From Elusimicrobiota bacterium (GTDB lineage: Bacteria; Elusimicrobiota; Elusimicrobia; Elusimicrobiales; UBA9959), in contig JAKLEK010000002.1 of NCBI GenBank assembly GCA_022703115.1, positions 1-32,924 of the forward strand: 32,924 bases of DNA, written 5' to 3'. The translations under genes were made by a program, and so were the position numbers. Below are positions 31,759-32,924 of this stretch, one piece after another. Each line of letters starts with the position of its first letter. Within the stretch, counting starts at the first letter, position 1. Under the pieces are notes generated by a model. The model was given only the letters and a program-made list of their open reading frames with translations, was not told where the DNA came from and did no database searches.

Positions 31759-32694
31759 TCAGTCGGCCGCGCCGGCGGGCTTGGCCGAAGCGTCCCGCGC
31801 CATCACGTCGTCCACGGCTTTAGCCAGGTCTTCCAGATAGGCGTCGCCCCGGGGGTGATGGGTCAGCGCCACCAGTATGTAATGGCGGCCAGGCCCGGTC
31901 ACAACGGCCGCGTCGTGCAGCCAATCCTCCCAGGACCCCCACTTGCGTATTATGTCCAGGCCGCGTCCGGCCAGGCCCTTCACGAACTTGATATCGTCGT
32001 GGGGGAGCTTCGGGGAGGCGAAGATCTCTCTCATGGTCCTGGAAGCTTCCGGAGATACGAGGCGTCCCTGTTCCAGCAGCAGGAAGTAGCGCATCACCTG
32101 GCGCACGGTGACGGCGTGGGAGTGGTCGGCGATGGGATCGCCGATGCGCTCCCCCCCCTTACCGTAATGCTTCCCCACCCATATGCCGCCGCCGCGTTCC
32201 TTGTCGTAGAACCCGGCTCCGGTGAGGGTTTCCTGTATCCGGCGCAGACCCAGCTCCCTGGAGTATTTGGCGGCCATGGCGTCGCTGGATATCTTCGCCA
32301 TCAGACCCAGCTCCTTGCGGACCCGTCGTTTCGGACATTCGGCGGCCTCGGGATGGAGCTGGAAATAGGCGTACAGTATCCCTATCTTGGCCACGCTGGC
32401 GGCGTATTCGATCTTGTCCGGACGTATCAGGGCCAGCCGTCCGGTCTTGAGGTCGAGAAGTCCGAGGTCCGTGTGCTCCGCTCCCATGCCCTGCTTCGCG
32501 CGCAGCTCGGCGTCGATGCGCTCCAGCTCGGCCTGCAGGGCCGGGTCCGTGGGAGAGTCGTAGCTCAGGGTGAAATCCGGCAACGGGGGCGGCGCGGCCT
32601 TAACGGGGCGTCTGGCCGAGCAACCGGAAAGATAGAGCGCCGCCGCGCAAAGAACGATTAGCGGCGCCGCCAGCAGATTAGTGGTATTATCCAT
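31759..32694 (-). CDS. Lipoprotein, class A beta-lactamase-like serine hydrolase
   Basis: The 311-aa ORF has a lipobox, LYLSGCS. It has the SxxK motif ASVAKIG, an SDN-like SSDAMA and a KTG-like KWGS. Confidence 0.6.
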   Translation of the reverse strand: MDNTTNLLAAPLIVLCAAALYLSGCSARRPVKAAPPPLPDFTLSYDSPTDPALQAELERIDAELRAKQGMGAEHTDLGLLDLKTGRLALIRPDKIEYAASVAKIGILYAYFQLHPEAAECPKRRVRKELGLMAKISSDAMAAKYSRELGLRRIQETLTGAGFYDKERGGGIWVGKHYGKGGERIGDPIADHSHAVTVRQVMRYFLLLEQGRLVSPEASRTMREIFASPKLPHDDIKFVKGLAGRGLDIIRKWGSWEDWLHDAAVVTGPGRHYILVALTHHPRGDAYLEDLAKAVDDVMARDASAKPAGAAD

Positions 32695-32821
32695 GAGCCC
32701 TCCGCTTGTCAGGTCCCCTCCGGGACCATATTACCGGGAATACCCAGTTATTATACATATATGCGGAATCGGGGTCAGGTCTTTGCTTTTGGCGGCCGGC
32801 AGCTGGCGGTCATGGCGCAAT

Positions 32822-32859
32822 AAGAACGGCCCCGCCCCATGCGGGGCGAGGCCGTTCTT
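32822..32859 (-). terminator. Intrinsic terminator for the truncated right-edge gene
   Basis: AAGAACGGCC pairs with GGCCGTTCTT (10 bp) around an inner stem CGCCCC/GGGGCG with an ATGC loop. On the minus strand the 3' arm ends in GUUCUUAUU. The hairpin sits 15 nt after the putative stop at 32874-32876. Confidence 0.65.
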
Positions 32860-32873
32860 TGATGGACGATGGC

Positions 32874-32924
32874 TCAGTAACCCGAGGAGGCCGCCACTCC
32901 GTTGATCCTGTCCCTTAAGTAGGT
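32874..32924 (-). CDS. 3' end (16 codons) of an unidentified gene entering from the right edge
   Basis: The minus-strand frame reads ...TYLRDRINGVAASSGY followed by a stop, with a strong terminator hairpin after it. It is too short to assign a function. Confidence 0.3.
   Translation of the reverse strand, partial: TYLRDRINGVAASSGY

Noticed and set aside
1-32924. A window-wide look for CRISPR arrays, transposases, integrases, phage genes, toxin-antitoxin pairs or defence-system ATPases and nucleases.
   Set aside because: I saw no regularly spaced direct repeats and no ORF with recombinase, transposase, Cas or typical defence-domain motifs. The gene content is housekeeping, so the only accessory-like signal is the non-coding repeat family.

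Overview
This is a high-GC bacterial chromosomal window that starts in the replication-origin neighbourhood (dnaN and dnaA on the minus strand, with DnaA boxes on both sides of dnaA). About 35 tightly packed, mostly housekeeping genes follow. They include tldD/pmbA, a nadD-yqeK fusion, pilT, rsfS, argS, a PduO-type adenosyltransferase, a NifU-like protein, a PHP phosphoesterase, a GDPD phosphodiesterase, nadA, folD, a GAF/HD-GYP protein, an rsmI-phosphatase fusion, glyA, MTA phosphorylase, cdd, accB/accC, a heptose-1-P adenylyltransferase, a TPR membrane glycosyltransferase and a beta-lactamase-like lipoprotein. Many neighbouring genes overlap by 4 nt (ATGA). I saw no rRNA, tRNA, CRISPR array, transposase or integrase.

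The most interesting signal is non-coding. Three paralogous copies of a roughly 190-290 nt element lie in two unusually long spacers, and a short fourth fragment lies upstream of accB. Copy A is at 13639-13885, copy A' is inverted at about 13400-13590, and copy B is at 20988-21271. The copies share a multi-helix terminal rod whose sequence differs between copies while base pairing is kept. They also share conserved internal loops, a self-complementary CTTACGTAAG loop motif and, in A and B, a 43-nt core that is 40/43 identical. A 1-nt indel between conserved blocks argues against protein coding. I could not match the element to any RNA family I know by eye, so I propose it as a candidate novel multi-copy structured RNA. 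An Rfam scan is needed to confirm novelty.

Secondary observations:
- An RsmI-LMW-phosphatase fusion with a YwlE-like CAGNTCRS motif next to glyA.
- An AccB with a non-canonical biotinylation motif.
- A small basic tandem-repeat protein.
- An RsfS with a histone-H1-like basic repeat tail.
- A perfect DnaA box overlapping the GTG start of dnaA.

All coordinates for non-ORF features were counted by eye and could be off by 1-2 nt.
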